Source: Balanoglossus misakiensis
Taxonomy: Eukaryota > Animalia > Hemichordata
Direction of reading: 5' to 3'
Length of the DNA stretch: 64,000 nt
Assembly: GCA_040954595.2 (NCBI GenBank)
Contig: CM082589.2
Coordinates: forward strand, 9,808,894-9,872,893
Below the pieces are notes generated by a model, which saw only the letters and a list, made by a program, of their open reading frames with translations, was not told the DNA's origin and searched no databases. The position numbers and the translations under genes are program-made. This document shows, piece after piece, positions 43,049-54,262 of the stretch (position 1 is its first letter; every line of letters begins with the position of its first letter).

Positions 43049-43139
43049 TTTACTTTTGCCACTCCACTCAAAGTAAGCATCGGTGTGGTGGTGTGGCAAG
43101 TAGTCTGCCCTTGTACACTAGACAAACCAGGCAATAAAT

Positions 43140-43392
43140 GAAATGTAGCGAAGAATGGAGGGGTGGGTGTGGGATGGGGTGTCCCCCTCCCATATTAGAA
43201 AATCTTGTAAAATTAAGGGCGCGAAACTGCAATTTTGTGGACTCAAAGCAAAAGTTTTGCGGCAAAAGTATGTGACCCCCTAAACGTTTAAAAAAAAAAG
43301 ATTACCCCCACTTTCGGACTTCAAAATTTAAGTGACCCCCCCCCCCCCTGGATTTTGCCGCCCCACCCGGCCGTAAAAACTGAATGGTCCCT
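43140..43392. mobile_element. Truncated non-autonomous DNA transposon (Harbinger-like MITE right end)
   Basis: G/C-tract-rich interior ending ...gccgtaaaaactgaatggtccct followed by ta (reverse complement AGGGACCATTCAGTTTTTACGGCC). No matching left TIR was found. Confidence 0.45.
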
Positions 43393-44671
43393 TACCCATA
43401 TACGCGACTTCCATTAATAAATTTGAAGAATAAGAGATCCTCTCCGTAAATAGGCCTTATTGGGGGTCAAAACTACCGAAAGAAGACCCTGCCCCAACTC
43501 CCCTTTAAACCAACTAATTCACACCGGGTTAGTTTTGTTTCTTTCATATTTGAATGAGAATTAAAATGCCGCAGGAAATTCTGCTGGCGTCCTTAGGATA
43601 CGAGATCGGGAACTTTCAAAAGTTCCGCAGAATATACCCCAAGAGGGCGCTGTTGCTGACCTTCGACCCGTTTCCTTTGACCAGTTCTGTGTCTTCGTTG
43701 TAAACACATGTGTGACACGCAGGCTAGAGAATCTGCCAGTTTTTTCTGTCGTCAACTCCAATGTCGCCTTTTCTATGGACGTTAGTTGGCCAGTGTTTGT
43801 TACACATCCAGGACGGTGTCATATTTCTCTGAAAGAATAGCGGAAAACATGCAAAGCCAAGGAGCGAGCAAGTACCAGCTGTTTTCTGCAAGTCATGGGT
43901 TCAGGCCCCCCACACTGTCCACCATCATTATTCCTATATACAGATTTGGCGGAGTGAGTATTGAAACATTACAGTATTTAGTGTGTTTTAAGATATCACT
44001 GATAGTTTTCACGACTTAATGTGTGGGTAGAATCACATTCATCGCGATAACGTTACTGTAGTCCCCTGATTCAGTCCGTAAACAAGGTAAGCTTGAGACA
44101 TGGACGATCGACAATCAGTTTCCGCTGTTGATTTCGCCCTATCGCAACTTAGTAACTGGGGCCGAGTGATGCTCCATTATTTAAAGTTCATGACTATTGA
44201 CACCAATTGCAAAATATCAATGTTAAGGCGTGCTTTCAGAGAATATTCAACCAGAAAACCGACAACAATTGATGACCTCATGTGACCTTTACTGGTTGAA
44301 TCAGGCGACCACTGCAGTGTGATTCCAACGTTTGTGGGAAGACCACAGGGAGCTCTTCCTCCTGCTTTGCAGTGTGTGTGTGTGTTTGTTTAATATAAAA
44401 ATGTGTGACAAAAATATGTATGTTTACAAATATTGTCAAGATTGTTTGTTTGTTGAGAGGTTAAGGGGAGTAACCCTTTCTGTTCAATATACCCACAAAG
44501 GTGAACAAATTTGTAAACAAACATATTTTTCACAGAGTAGTTTTATTATATCCGCATTGCATCCAGCATGATCGCAGAAAACATCACCAATAAACCAAAA
44601 TTGGAGTTGATGGCTTGGCTTTATTTGGGACTATCATTGTTTGGTTATAGTCCATGGGCCAGAGACCGACA

Positions 44672-46269
44672 TGTAGTCATGCAGAATTAATTTTATGTGT
44701 TCTAAATAATTATTTTAGCTTATCTTTGTTGGAAATAATTTTGCCAACATCTCGAATTATTTTTACGTGTAGACTCGAATTAATTTCAGGTGTAGTGTCG
44801 AATTAATATCACGTGTTTTGTCGAATTAATTTCACGTGTTGTGTCGAATTAATTTTACATTGTGTCAAATTAATATTGCCCCCACAATCCTTTGCGCTTA
44901 AATCAAGATGGCGGCGGCTGAGCATGTCTTTCTCGCCGCATAAAGTTCGAAAAAGGGGCCGTTGTACAAGTTGTGAGACGTTTTGGGGGGAATTCAATGT
45001 TTTTAATTATTTTTTGTAGTCATGCAGAATTAATTTTATGTGTTCTAAATAATTATTTTAGCTTATCTTTGTTAGAAATAATTTTGCCAACATATCGAAT
45101 TCTTTTTACGTGTAGACTTGAATTAATTACAGGTGTAGTGTCGAATTAATATCATCTTTTACAAGATAGATAGGTGATGTGTTTTGCTCTGTGAAAGAAA
45201 ATGGAGGGGGAGGGTGTTTAAAATTTTGGCAGTTCGGAAGGGGGATTTGTAAATATTTCGGGTTGTGTCGGGGGGAGGGGGGGGGCATGTGAAAATTAGC
45301 GGTAAAATTTTTTAATTCTCTCGCCCACCCCCCCCCCCACCCTCCAATGGTGTTTGTGAATGCAGCCTACAGAGGAGGTGGAGACTTCGGGGTCTGCCCC
45401 TTTACTATCTATGCCCCACACCCTATCTTATCAGTTGTAAATCTAGAATGCAAGCTATCATTAAATATGGTTATGTAGAGAGAGACTTTGTCTTTTTAAT
45501 TTAAATTTATTTAAACAAAACTTGAGTTTACAAGGAAATTTTAAGGAATATTTTATTCGCCGTTTCCTGGGATCTGGGCCCTACAGCTATTTCTTAGTTC
45601 TGAAAATAACAAATTAACACAATTTTTGTATGTTCAGATGTCAAAATTTATTCAATCAAGGCGAATTGGCAACGCGGGGCAACAGCTTGCTCTGTGTACA
45701 GGTCTGTGTGTTCCCGCCATGACACGGCCTCCACGCCAAGAACACTGTACGCAGAGCTGGGCTATACCATAGCAAGGCTGGCGATTACACCAACTGGTAG
45801 TGGTTTTGAGTGGTTTGACTAGAAAATTCTGTCTGTAGACCAAAACTCGTGGACCGATCGCCGTTTTCGAGCACACTGCATTTATATTGGACAGCAAATC
45901 GCCCCAAAACGTTTCACAACTTGTACAACGGCCCCTTTTTTAACTTTATGCGGCGAGAAAGACATGCTCAGCCGCCGCCATCTTGATTTACGCGCAAAGG
46001 ATTGTAAGGGCAATATTATTTGACAACGTGAAATTAATTCGACACAACACGTGAAATTAATTCGAGTCTACACATAAAAATAATTCGAGATGTTGGCAGA
46101 ATTATTTCTAACAAAGATAAGCTAAAATAATTATTTAGAACACATAAAATTAATTCTGCATGACTACAAAAAAATAATTAAAGCACATAAAAAATAATTC
46201 TATATACTGGTAAAATTAATTCTAACATGTTTTATTAATAAACTACAATTTTGACCAGAACGGGCCCTC
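44672..46269. mobile_element. Foldback-type DNA transposon derivative with long inverted repeats built from ~21-bp subrepeats (Sola-like terminus, tentative)
   Basis: 44672-44988 is the reverse complement of 45902-46168 (tgtagtcatgcagaattaattt... / ...aattaattctgcatgactaca). The right arm continues to ...ttgaccagaacgggccctc at 46269. Subrepeat is tcgaattaatttcacgtgttgtg. An extra direct copy of the outer arm lies at ~44997-45154. Confidence 0.8.
45180..45368. mobile_element. Truncated MITE right end inside the foldback element
   Basis: G- and C-tracts followed by ...ccctccaatggtgtttgtgaatgcagcct|a. This resembles common TWA-targeting MITE ends; no left TIR was found. Confidence 0.4.
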
Positions 46270-47383
46270 ATAGATACCGGTAGTACATGTAACTTTGGGT
46301 GTTTTTCTCAATGTTTATAATGTGTTTTGATTGCCTGTTCTACTTGTTTCTGAACATAGTTAAAGCTTCATTAGCTGTAACTTTTCACTTTGTTTTCAGT
46401 ATTTTTGTTTTAAGTATTTACTGCAGTGTCTTCTTCAGATCCCTGAATCATGATGAAATATAGGTGTGTCTGTTCAGTATTGTTATTGTGAATTTGAATT
46501 CAAGTCTGGACTAGAATTCATTTCAATAGCCGTTACACACATACAGGTTATGCTGACAAGTGGAGTTCTGTGTAGAGCATGTGTAACAGTTAATGTCCCT
46601 TTAAATATCACATACATACATCTGTCTAGTTTTGTACATGCAACTCACATGTATGTTATATTTATTGATTGACTGTCAAATATCATCCTGTTGTTTGATT
46701 AAATGTAAATGTTGTATGTTGTAGAATAGAAAGCACAATTCTTCTAGTTCCATAGATATCAGTGCTCATTTTAAAGCTGAAAGTGACATTTTCAACACTA
46801 AATGCAAGGAAATGTAACTAAATATTTTAATTTTGCAGTCAAAATGCAACACAGTCAGCTCCGAACTGCATTTAAAATCCAAACACATGGTGTTATATTC
46901 TTGGTAATAAGCAAAGATCTGTATCCTATCCACAAAGTATATATCATACACACAGTATTATCTTAATAACTATAATACAGCTATGAAATTGCTAGAAACA
47001 TTGTAATATTTGGATGAATTTAAAGAAAAATAATTATACTTATATTAACAGTATGTAAAAGTTACGAAGATTTAGCGTTGAATGATGTTGTGATGTCTGT
47101 AAGAGCTGTTCCAATACAAGGTGAACGAATTTCAAAACCTTTTGTTCAATCAACCTTTCTACTGACCTGTGATTCCAAAAGTTATTGAAATATCATTACA
47201 CATTTACCTGTATATAGTGCAGACTATAAATAGAGCACACTCTGGAAAGGAGTTATGTAATTAATATCTCTATCATGTGAGTGACATCATTTTAAGGGCC
47301 ACTGACCACCCCACCTGTGACAATTTGCTAGGGGGTGCGAACATCTCAACAGGAGGTGAATCCCTCCATGCCATGTCTGGGTA

Positions 47384-47384
<1 letters not shown>

Positions 47385-47418
<34 letters not shown>

Positions 47419-47480
47419 CTTTCATTCATTCATTCAGTGAGTCAGTCAGTTAGTCAGTCAGTCAGTCCGTCAGTCAGTCA
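47385..47480. repeat. Compound microsatellite (TTGA)n-(TTCA)n-(AGTC)n
   Basis: Tetranucleotide runs directly visible. Confidence 0.95.
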
Positions 47481-48209
47481 TATTAATTAATTCATTAAGG
47501 CATATAAACGATATAGCTAGCCTATTGTGATAGGAATGGGCTAACACCCTTGTCATATAAACTTTGGCGAAGCGATCCCAAGCTCAGCTAAGGTAGATGG
47601 GAGGGACCTGAATCACATGTGCCCATCATAATGAAAGCTGCCAACCCTCTTAGAATGATACTACGGCCTATACGTTGATCACCTGATCGCATCGCCCTGT
47701 CACACTTGGCTATGGGCTACTGTTCATGTATGATAAAGGGGTTATTACACTAAGTTTGGTCGATAACGTGACGCATCCTCGTGATGTCCATAATATGGAC
47801 ATCCCTTACGAAAAAAGGGCCTGCTGCAAACTCCTCCCGCAAATCTGCAGCAGGATTCTGCGAACTCACTGCAAACTGCTGCTGCAAAGTGGCAAACAGT
47901 CCTGATTTTACCATGCAAATTAGGGGACTTGCAAATTTGTTGCAAACTTCCAGCAACAAGATTTTGAATACTGCAGTGAGTTCACAGGAATTTGAATACT
48001 GCAGTGAGTTCACAGCAATCAAGATTGCCACCTTGAAAATTTGAACATTGCAGTGAGTTTGCAGCAAGACAATTAACTAGGGGTACCATTGAACCACCCA
48101 CCCCCACCCCCCATAAAACCTCAGAGACAAGCAAACTATAATTAACAGTTTTTATTTTTAAAAAAATCTATTTTAATCACAGGGTTAAGAAATCTAAAAA
48201 ATCAACATG

Positions 48210-48445
48210 GTAAAACTACACACTACAAAAATTGGTTTTCAAAAAATAAAAAAGCTACACTACAAATATAAACACCACAACTTGCTCCTCTGCAAAAAAT
48301 GTTTTTCCAATATAAAAAACTACACTACAAACAACTTGCTACTCTAATTTTTTTTCAATATAAAAAAAACTACACTACAAACTTGCTACTCTACAATTTT
48401 TTTCCAATATAAAAAACTACACTACAAACTTCCTACTCTACTACA
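48210..48445. repeat. Degenerate ~46-60-bp tandem repeat with core aaaactacactacaaa, ~5 copies
   Basis: ctacactacaaa recurs at ~48217, 48254, 48320, 48370 and 48416. It lies downstream of the BEN-like stop codon. Confidence 0.8.
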
Positions 48446-49181
48446 CTCTGTTTTTATTTAAGACAGCCCGTTTGCATGTGGCGCATTTCGCGTTGAATGC
48501 ATGGATCAGCTCTTTTGTTGACATCTTCAGTTTGTTGACACCAAATACTGAAAAAGAGAAGAATAAACACATATCAGTTACACCATGCAGTAATAAGGAG
48601 AAGATTGCCAAGCATAATTGTTACATATGCAGTTGCCCAATACGAGTAATTTCCACCAACCGGAAGTCACACAATTCAACTAAAATTCAGGAAAAAAACT
48701 TAATATCATTCAGGTACAAAAACTGTTGACCTAACTGATAAATTTCATCGAGTGTATTTGTAGTAGATGGTCAGAACAAATAAAATGAAATGTATAAGGA
48801 TGAGATGCACCTTTATAATGATATTTATTTTGAATCCAGTGAATATGGGATAGCCAATCAAAGAATTTCACTCCAGGGACATGCAAAAAATGTCATTATC
48901 ATAGAATACAATCATTTCGACATTTTAAAGAAACCTTTTACTTACAAGTCAGTGCCGTTACAACATGCTGGTAGGGTGTTCCAATAAATGCGCTGGTATT
49001 CTTCCCGCTCAGTTGTTCGGGTTTTAAACAACCCATCCATCAGCTTTTTTATGACGTAAGATGGCGGCTTGTTCTTGCATCTACCTAAAGTTATGCTCAA
49101 CCAGGCAGATGGAATCGCTACGTTGGAGTTGGAAAGCCGTTCATATTGCAGTGGCAGAGGCTCGCCCTCGTCTAGAATCAC
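48441..49181 (-). pseudogene. BEN-domain-like accessory gene, last two exons, with a 1-bp frameshift
   Basis: Exon 49181-48946 (acceptor ttcaatcag, donor gtaagt) splices in phase 1 to exon 48547-48441 (acceptor ctttttcag, stop TAG). Removing one A from the run at ~49022-49025 gives ...AWLSITLGRCKNKPPSYVIKKLMDGLFKPEQLSGKNTSAFIGTPYQHVVTALT/LFGVNKLKMSTKELIHAFNAKCATCKRAV. LMxxLFxxExL and NxKC...KR fit BEN domains. A further candidate exon lies at 49626-49517. Confidence 0.65.
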
Positions 49182-50172
49182 CTGATTGAAATTAAAAAGA
49201 GTACCAATAATTATTACATTGGTGTGAAAGTCATTTAGTACTCACAAAATTCAATCCCCACTTACTTACAAAGAGAAGGCTAAATGATTGCATTCAGAAT
49301 AAACATGACCTATGTCAACAAATTCATTGAGAAAAAAAAATGTTTCCCTGTTAAAAGCAACAAATTTACATAATTAAACTGTGTATTAAAATGCAAGCAT
49401 GGGATAACATGAGGTACTAAAGAGAAGGGGTGTATTATGCATGTATATACTGACGTGGACTGGGGGGATGCAGAAGTGTGAGCGATGGCGTGCTTACATG
49501 AAGAACTGACACTTACATAGTTTGCCCTGGGAATGATTTACCCTCGTTTGGGCGTGTAATGACTATCCTCAGAGAACCCTTTTGATGCACAGGTGTGTAC
49601 ACAGCACTGGCGTGTTTTCTCAGCTTCTGCAAAATAATAGTAACAAATTGAGTCGCACAAATGCACCCACTATTTCTTGCTATTTCATATTTCATTCAAA
49701 TGTCTGCAACAACATATACTGTGCACATAACAGCCCCCCCCCCCCCATGCACTGTTCCAATTACAAGACCTACCCCAATTCTTACTGGCACCATGGACTT
49801 ATACCACTTATACAATGATGCAACAGGCTTATCTTTTTATAGACACCTGACATTAGAAAGACCTTGTATGTATACCACTCTATTCTGACAAAAATGCAAG
49901 TTAATCAACATCACATATAAAATAATATAATATGAATAGAATAAAACCGATTCACAAAATATCAAATAGCTACTTGTTAGGCATTTGATTTTAAGTTGGA
50001 TGGTGTTTGTGTATTGCAGAGGGATGTTTGTGTGCAGTAATCACGCTGTACATACCATGCAAGTTTGGCATACTATCACTCAAATATGACGCGTTATCGA
50101 CCAAACTTAGTGTAATAACCCTTAAGTAACACCCTCTTATTTTAAAGAAAACTCATTATTGAAGCCCATTAA

Positions 50173-50257
50173 CCCTTTCACAACCAAGGTTCAGTCTAAA
50201 CCCATTGTTATCTATGAAAAGGTTCGACCTGTATAGAAGGAACTGGGGGTGAAAGGG
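50173..50257. mobile_element. 85-bp piggyBac-type MITE
   Basis: TTAA|ccctttcac ... gtgaaaggg|TTAA, with TSDs at 50169-50172 and 50258-50261. Confidence 0.85.
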
Positions 50258-50421
50258 TTAAAGGGACAAAGTCTCAGTTTTGTCCTTTGACTCACTGGCT
50301 TTTATTAGAGGTTCCTACCTTTAAATGTTTCATAAAATGTTTAATCAAATCTGTCTACAATCAGAGTAGACATTGTTTACATACACCTTTTGTTAAATAA
50401 TTGTACTGTGTTGTATTTCAG

Positions 50422-50520
50422 ATTTTTGTCAGGAGCAGGTGAGAAATACGGTATGATTTCTGAAGGTCTGAGTACTGCATTGCAGTTATTTGACGATATG
50501 AAGACTTTGCGATTTTCAAG
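50422..50520 (+). pseudogene. MED25: Isolated exon homologous to the VWA domain of Mediator subunit 25
   Basis: 99-bp phase 2-2 exon (ttgtatttcag / gtaatt) encoding [32 protein letters not shown]. This matches the recalled human MED25 segment [32 protein letters not shown]. Neighbouring VWA exons were not found. Confidence 0.8.
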
Positions 50521-50668
50521 GTAATTATGGTAAAATTGTGAGGTTAAAAACCATTCTCTAATTATGGGCCCCACTTTTTGAGGTGGTTTATCTGTTTATG
50601 TAAAGCTCACCATGTCAACCAGGAAATGATTCGATACCGACAGTGGAGTACAACTGATGTGCGAAGTA

Positions 50669-51194
50669 CATTGAAACCTGCCAAGTAAGGGCACCTCTGG
50701 GATCACACAACATGTCCTTTAAGGGATACAGGCTCTCTCTCTCGCTCGCTGCCCCTTATTCCATTAATTATATTTGATACAAGACACCATTTATGTTTTT
50801 TCTACATGTGGATATATGGTGAATCAATATTCAACCACACACAAAGTCCATCCTGCTTGTGGACATGAGAGTGAAAAAAATCGCCAAAATGAATAATCAG
50901 TCTCTACCATTTATTCGTTTTGGGTGAGTTTTTACTCCCATATCATACACGCGGGATGGAAGTTGTGTATGGTTGAATGTTCATTCACTACATATACACA
51001 TGTACATTAACATAAACAGTGTCTTGTATCAAACATTATTAATGGAAAAAAGGGCAGCGAGAGAGAGACTTTGTCCCTTTAAAAGAGAGGTGTCCTTAAA
51101 AGAAATGTGCATGTAATATTCTATTCAAGCCATTACTTTTGTCTTGAACAATCTGTCCTGATTAGAGAGATGTCTGTATTGACAGGTTTCACTG
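50669..51194. mobile_element. Tc1/mariner-type MITE (TA TSD) interrupted by a palindromic MITE
   Basis: TA|cattgaaacctg ... caggtttcactg|TA. Confidence 0.75.
50723..51078. mobile_element. Palindromic (hairpin) MITE with TTAA target, Kolobok-like
   Basis: Imperfect ~170-bp arms (tcgctgcccc...ccattaat...tttgatacaagacac versus gtgtcttgtatcaaa...attaatgg...gggcagcga), flanked by ttaa at 50719-50722 and 51079-51082. Confidence 0.8.
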
Positions 51195-52216
51195 TATTAT
51201 CAACATTTTCAGTTTCATAATCCTTCTGTGTTTGCCAGAGAATTTTGACAGCAGTCAAAAGCTTTCTCTGCCATACCCATAATAAAAGAAAGCTTGCACC
51301 TGTGTTTTACTGTTTTCAAAGGGGAAATCCGGTCCAGCTGATTTTCTACATAATTTGGTAGCTTTGAGGTCACTCTTTCAGAAAAAAAAACATATTCGTC
51401 AAGTATAAGTCGTCAGGTATTTTACAAAATCGAGGGAAAGTTGGCAGAATTTATAATATGGCCTTAACTGTAATTTGAATCATGGGAAAAAAAGCGCCAG
51501 GACCAACTTCCATCCACCTTGGTGTGGGTGATACCATTTTCCAATGGGTGTAACTGCGTGACGGCTTGGGTATCTGTTGCTGAGCAAATATTTGAAATCA
51601 TACAATCCAGATTCTAAAGTTCACAGGACAAATATACAACATGTTTACATGGCCATTTACAACCAATTCATCCTATTGTGGTGATGTACAAAACCTTTTT
51701 TGTGGTTTGTTAAAGTTTTCATTACTCTAAATGGGTACTTCCATAAAATGGTAGTAATATATTTATTAATATTTATTACACATCACATATTATTATTCGC
51801 TCTGGCTTTTTTGTCAAATTTTCAAATAAAAAAGGCAGTTATAACTTTGATGGGACCAAGAAAAGATTTTGCCATAGGATATCAAAAGGACACTTTCATT
51901 GTTTTTATGAACTGTTGTTTTTCTGTTCTATAAAAGATGCAAATTGTTCTACTCCATTTTTGGGTCAAAAAATATTTTCATCAGATTGGTTTGAGGGTTA
52001 GATGTTGTAGCTAATAGTGTAAAGGCCATGATTGTTTTTGTTCACAAATATATTCAATTACAATGTATCATTATTATGCAGTTTTACCAATGTTGAGAGG
52101 CTTTCCTTGTCAACTGGCCTGTGTGTATGCATCAAATCCTTCATGTAAAAGGTCAAAGCAGAAAGTATTTCTAACAATGATTAGACTAAAGCAGGAGACT
52201 TTTGAGGAGAGTTTGA

Positions 52217-52395
52217 GGAGACATCATGGCCTTGTGGTGAGGGCACAGGGTTGTGGGTTCAAGAACCAGACCTGGACATGGCCGTGGGTTTTGAGGATGG
52301 TGACTTCATGACCGCGATATTGTGCCCTTGAGCGCAGCACTTTACCTCTCATTGTTTTGGAGGAACTGGCTTTGTATACTAGTGATCTGCACCTG
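52217..52395 (+). mobile_element. Degenerate tRNA-derived SINE
   Basis: A-box-like tggccttgtgg (52227-52237), B-box-like ggttcaagaac (52256-52266), then a CORE/Meta-SINE-like block tgtgcccttgagcgcagcactttacctctc (52321-52350). Confidence 0.6.
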
Positions 52396-52451
52396 TTCCA
52401 GTCATTCTATCCTAGGTAGACATATTTTCTTTGTTTGCAATAGATGAATTA

Positions 52452-52641
52452 CTGTCAAACAGGAAATTATTGTGAACTTCGCGAGAACCAAAAAATGCAA
52501 ATTAAAAGTCACGTAAAAATGTTTTTCAGGGATATTGGTGCAGTTAGTGAAATATAAGAAAGCAAAATTTAAGTGTAGCATAACAGTTGTCTCTATTGAT
52601 ATTGCAAACATTTCCTGTCACAGAAATTTCCCGTTTTACAG
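52452..52641. mobile_element. TA-flanked MITE
   Basis: TA|ctgtcaaacaggaaatt ... aatttcccgttttacag|TA (17-bp TIR, 2 mismatches). Confidence 0.75.
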
Positions 52642-52676
52642 TATATAAATAAATCAACTAAATATTTTTACTACAG

Positions 52677-52938
52677 GTGCCGCACCAACAAGTCATCTGT
52701 CACTTGGACAACCAAGTCAAATTGGAAGTCAGTCTCCACAACAACTGTCATCCTCTCAACAGTAATTGACTCAACCAAGTCAGCCCCAGATGCAGGGCCA
52801 AGGTCAAAGGTCATCAATGCCTTTTGGTCAGCCTACCAGTTTACCCAACCAACCAGTATCCGCTGTCACAGCAAACAGGACACAACAACCAAATGTGACT
52901 GTTTCATTTATCCCATTGAGACAATTTTCATCACCCAG
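52677..52938 (+). pseudogene. Q/P/S-rich low-complexity exon with an in-frame stop
   Basis: Acceptor ttttactacag; AAPTSHLSLGQPSQIGSQSPQQLSSSQQ*LTQPSQPQMQGQGQRSSMPFGQPTS..., with TAA at 52763-52765 in a Gln-rich run. The candidate donor after 52938 does not match the phase of the next exon. Confidence 0.6.
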
Positions 52939-53364
52939 GTACAGTTGTGGTCTACCTTCTACTTTATTATATAATAAAATAGCCGTTTCTAGTTACCCAT
53001 CCTGTGAATTGAAAGCTTTTTATGACTGTTTCACATAGCCTTGTCTAACCATTATCTTTACAGTTGACTATTGTTTCAAAACAAATTCAAAACTTCTGTT
53101 TTGGTTGCTAGAAACCCACTCTGTAAATGCTAAGACTTTTTTGGATAATGCCACAGACTCAGTAATCAAATTCAATTTTTAATGTGATTAATGTTGATAA
53201 GCCCTAAAACTCAATCCCATCCAAATGTGTGTTGAAAATAGGACTTTGAGAGTTGCAAGCTCAACATCGAATCAAAAATTGCAGTCATGAATTAAAAATG
53301 GGGTTTTGAATACTGGCCTTGATAATGCTCCATATTAACTAGGTTTGTTAATCTTTTTGGACAG

Positions 53365-53548
53365 GCAACTTCACCTCCAAAGATGACTTCCCAGCAGGCA
53401 CCAGCTGCTGCACTGAAAGCCACAGAGGGTGTCATGCAAATGGCAAATGCTAGTCAGTTCAGTAAGATGCCACCAATTGCTGCTGTGAATTCTATCAACT
53501 CACAGCCACAGGAGAGATGGCCAGGTACAGATTCACAGCCACAAAGAG
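53365..53548 (+). pseudogene. Q/A/S/M-rich low-complexity exon
   Basis: Acceptor ctttttggacag; open frame ATSPPKMTSQQAPAAALKATEGVMQMANASQFSKMPP...DSQPQR; phase-1 donor G|gtaggt is compatible with the next EGF exon. Confidence 0.55.
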
Positions 53549-53555
53549 GTAGGTA

Positions 53556-53889
53556 CAGTCAAACCTGTCTATACTGGCCAGACAGGGGACTTTCCTAACT
53601 GGCCTTTATAGAAAGGTGGCCTCTACAGTCAGGTCATTTAATGTGCAATGTGTAATATATTGCTATATTATTGTGGGCTTATACCAGAGTGATTAGACGA
53701 CACAGGACATGTGTGTACAAACTAGACAGCCATGCTGTTTTTTTTATTGCCAACTGCACATGCTCACTCGTTCAGCCTCGTACACTGCAAATTTATACAT
53801 AACAGTAAATACCAATACCTAACACAATGTATATGGACTGTAACAGAGTAGCCACTATATAGAGGTGGCACCTAACACGGGTTTGACTG
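53556..53889. mobile_element. Tc1/mariner-type MITE (TA TSD)
   Basis: TA|cagtcaaacctgt ... acgggtttgactg|TA. Confidence 0.8.
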
Positions 53890-54139
53890 TAACATCTGTT
53901 ATGTTGCCATGGCAGTCATTTACTGTTAATTTGATTATACAGAGGAAAAAATATTCCAGTTCCCTTTCTTATATCCTCATATCAGTGGCAGAGTACGCCA
54001 GTGTCACTGTAAAATTTTGTCGACATTTTTGCTAAGTTAGCTGTAGTAGCTGTTGGCTATTTTTTCTGTATTTTTAATCCAAGGAATTAAAGTGAATTCA
54101 ATGCTTGTAAATAATTTCTAATTTCTTCTTACCCTCCAG

Positions 54140-54262
54140 ATATGAATGAATGTCACAGTGGTGGATATGCATGTCAACACTATTGTCAGAATACCCATGG
54201 TAGTTATCTCTGCACTTGCAGACCAGGATTCTATCTGCTGGAGGATGGCCATGCATGTGCCG
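54140..54262 (+). CDS. Calcium-binding EGF-like domain exon (intact, phase 1-1)
   Basis: 123-bp exon (cttaccctccag / gtatgt) encoding DMNECHSGGYACQHYCQNTHGSYLCTCRPGFYLLEDGHACA. It has six Cys and the DxNEC and CxNxxGSYxCxC consensus. It is not in the ORF track. Confidence 0.9.

Larger units (their letters stand above)
47803..49700 (-). mobile_element. One-ended EnSpm/CACTA-like fragment nested in the TIR element
   Basis: Starts cccttacgaaaaaagggcc and is followed by ~260 bp of degenerate ctgcaaa/ttgcag subterminal repeats (47820-48067). It carries a spliced BEN-like gene reading toward this end. The other end was not found, so the right coordinate is approximate. Confidence 0.6.
47737..50122. 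mobile_element. 2.4-kb non-autonomous TIR element (PIF/Harbinger-like, probable TAA TSD)
   Basis: Perfect 30-bp TIR gggttattacactaagtttggtcgataacg at 47739-47768, with its reverse complement at 50092-50121. Flanked by taa at 47734-47736 and 50123-50125. Confidence 0.8.

Noticed and set aside
1769-43141. Over 100 short ORFs (MLPNSLVYLP..., MFGSNHGNF..., MRIRTFPL...) on both strands
   Set aside because: They are translations of the satellite. Monomer lengths vary by non-multiples of three, stops recur every 1-3 monomers, and no frame is preserved.
44100-44285. ORF MDDRQSVSAVDFALSQLSNWG as a possible MED25 first exon
   Set aside because: Similarity to ADVVFVIEGTANLG is too weak and no convincing donor site was found.
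47745-48067. Overlapping ORFs of 66-105 aa on both strands
   Set aside because: They are explained by the degenerate ctgcaaa subterminal repeats of the EnSpm-like end.
52217-52290. tRNA gene
   Set aside because: The A and B boxes are degenerate and too closely spaced, no cloverleaf is evident, and a SINE body follows.
52063-52311. ORF containing LRGFPCQ as a possible further MED25 exon
   Set aside because: The match is only a few residues, and the 3' part of the ORF runs through a SINE.
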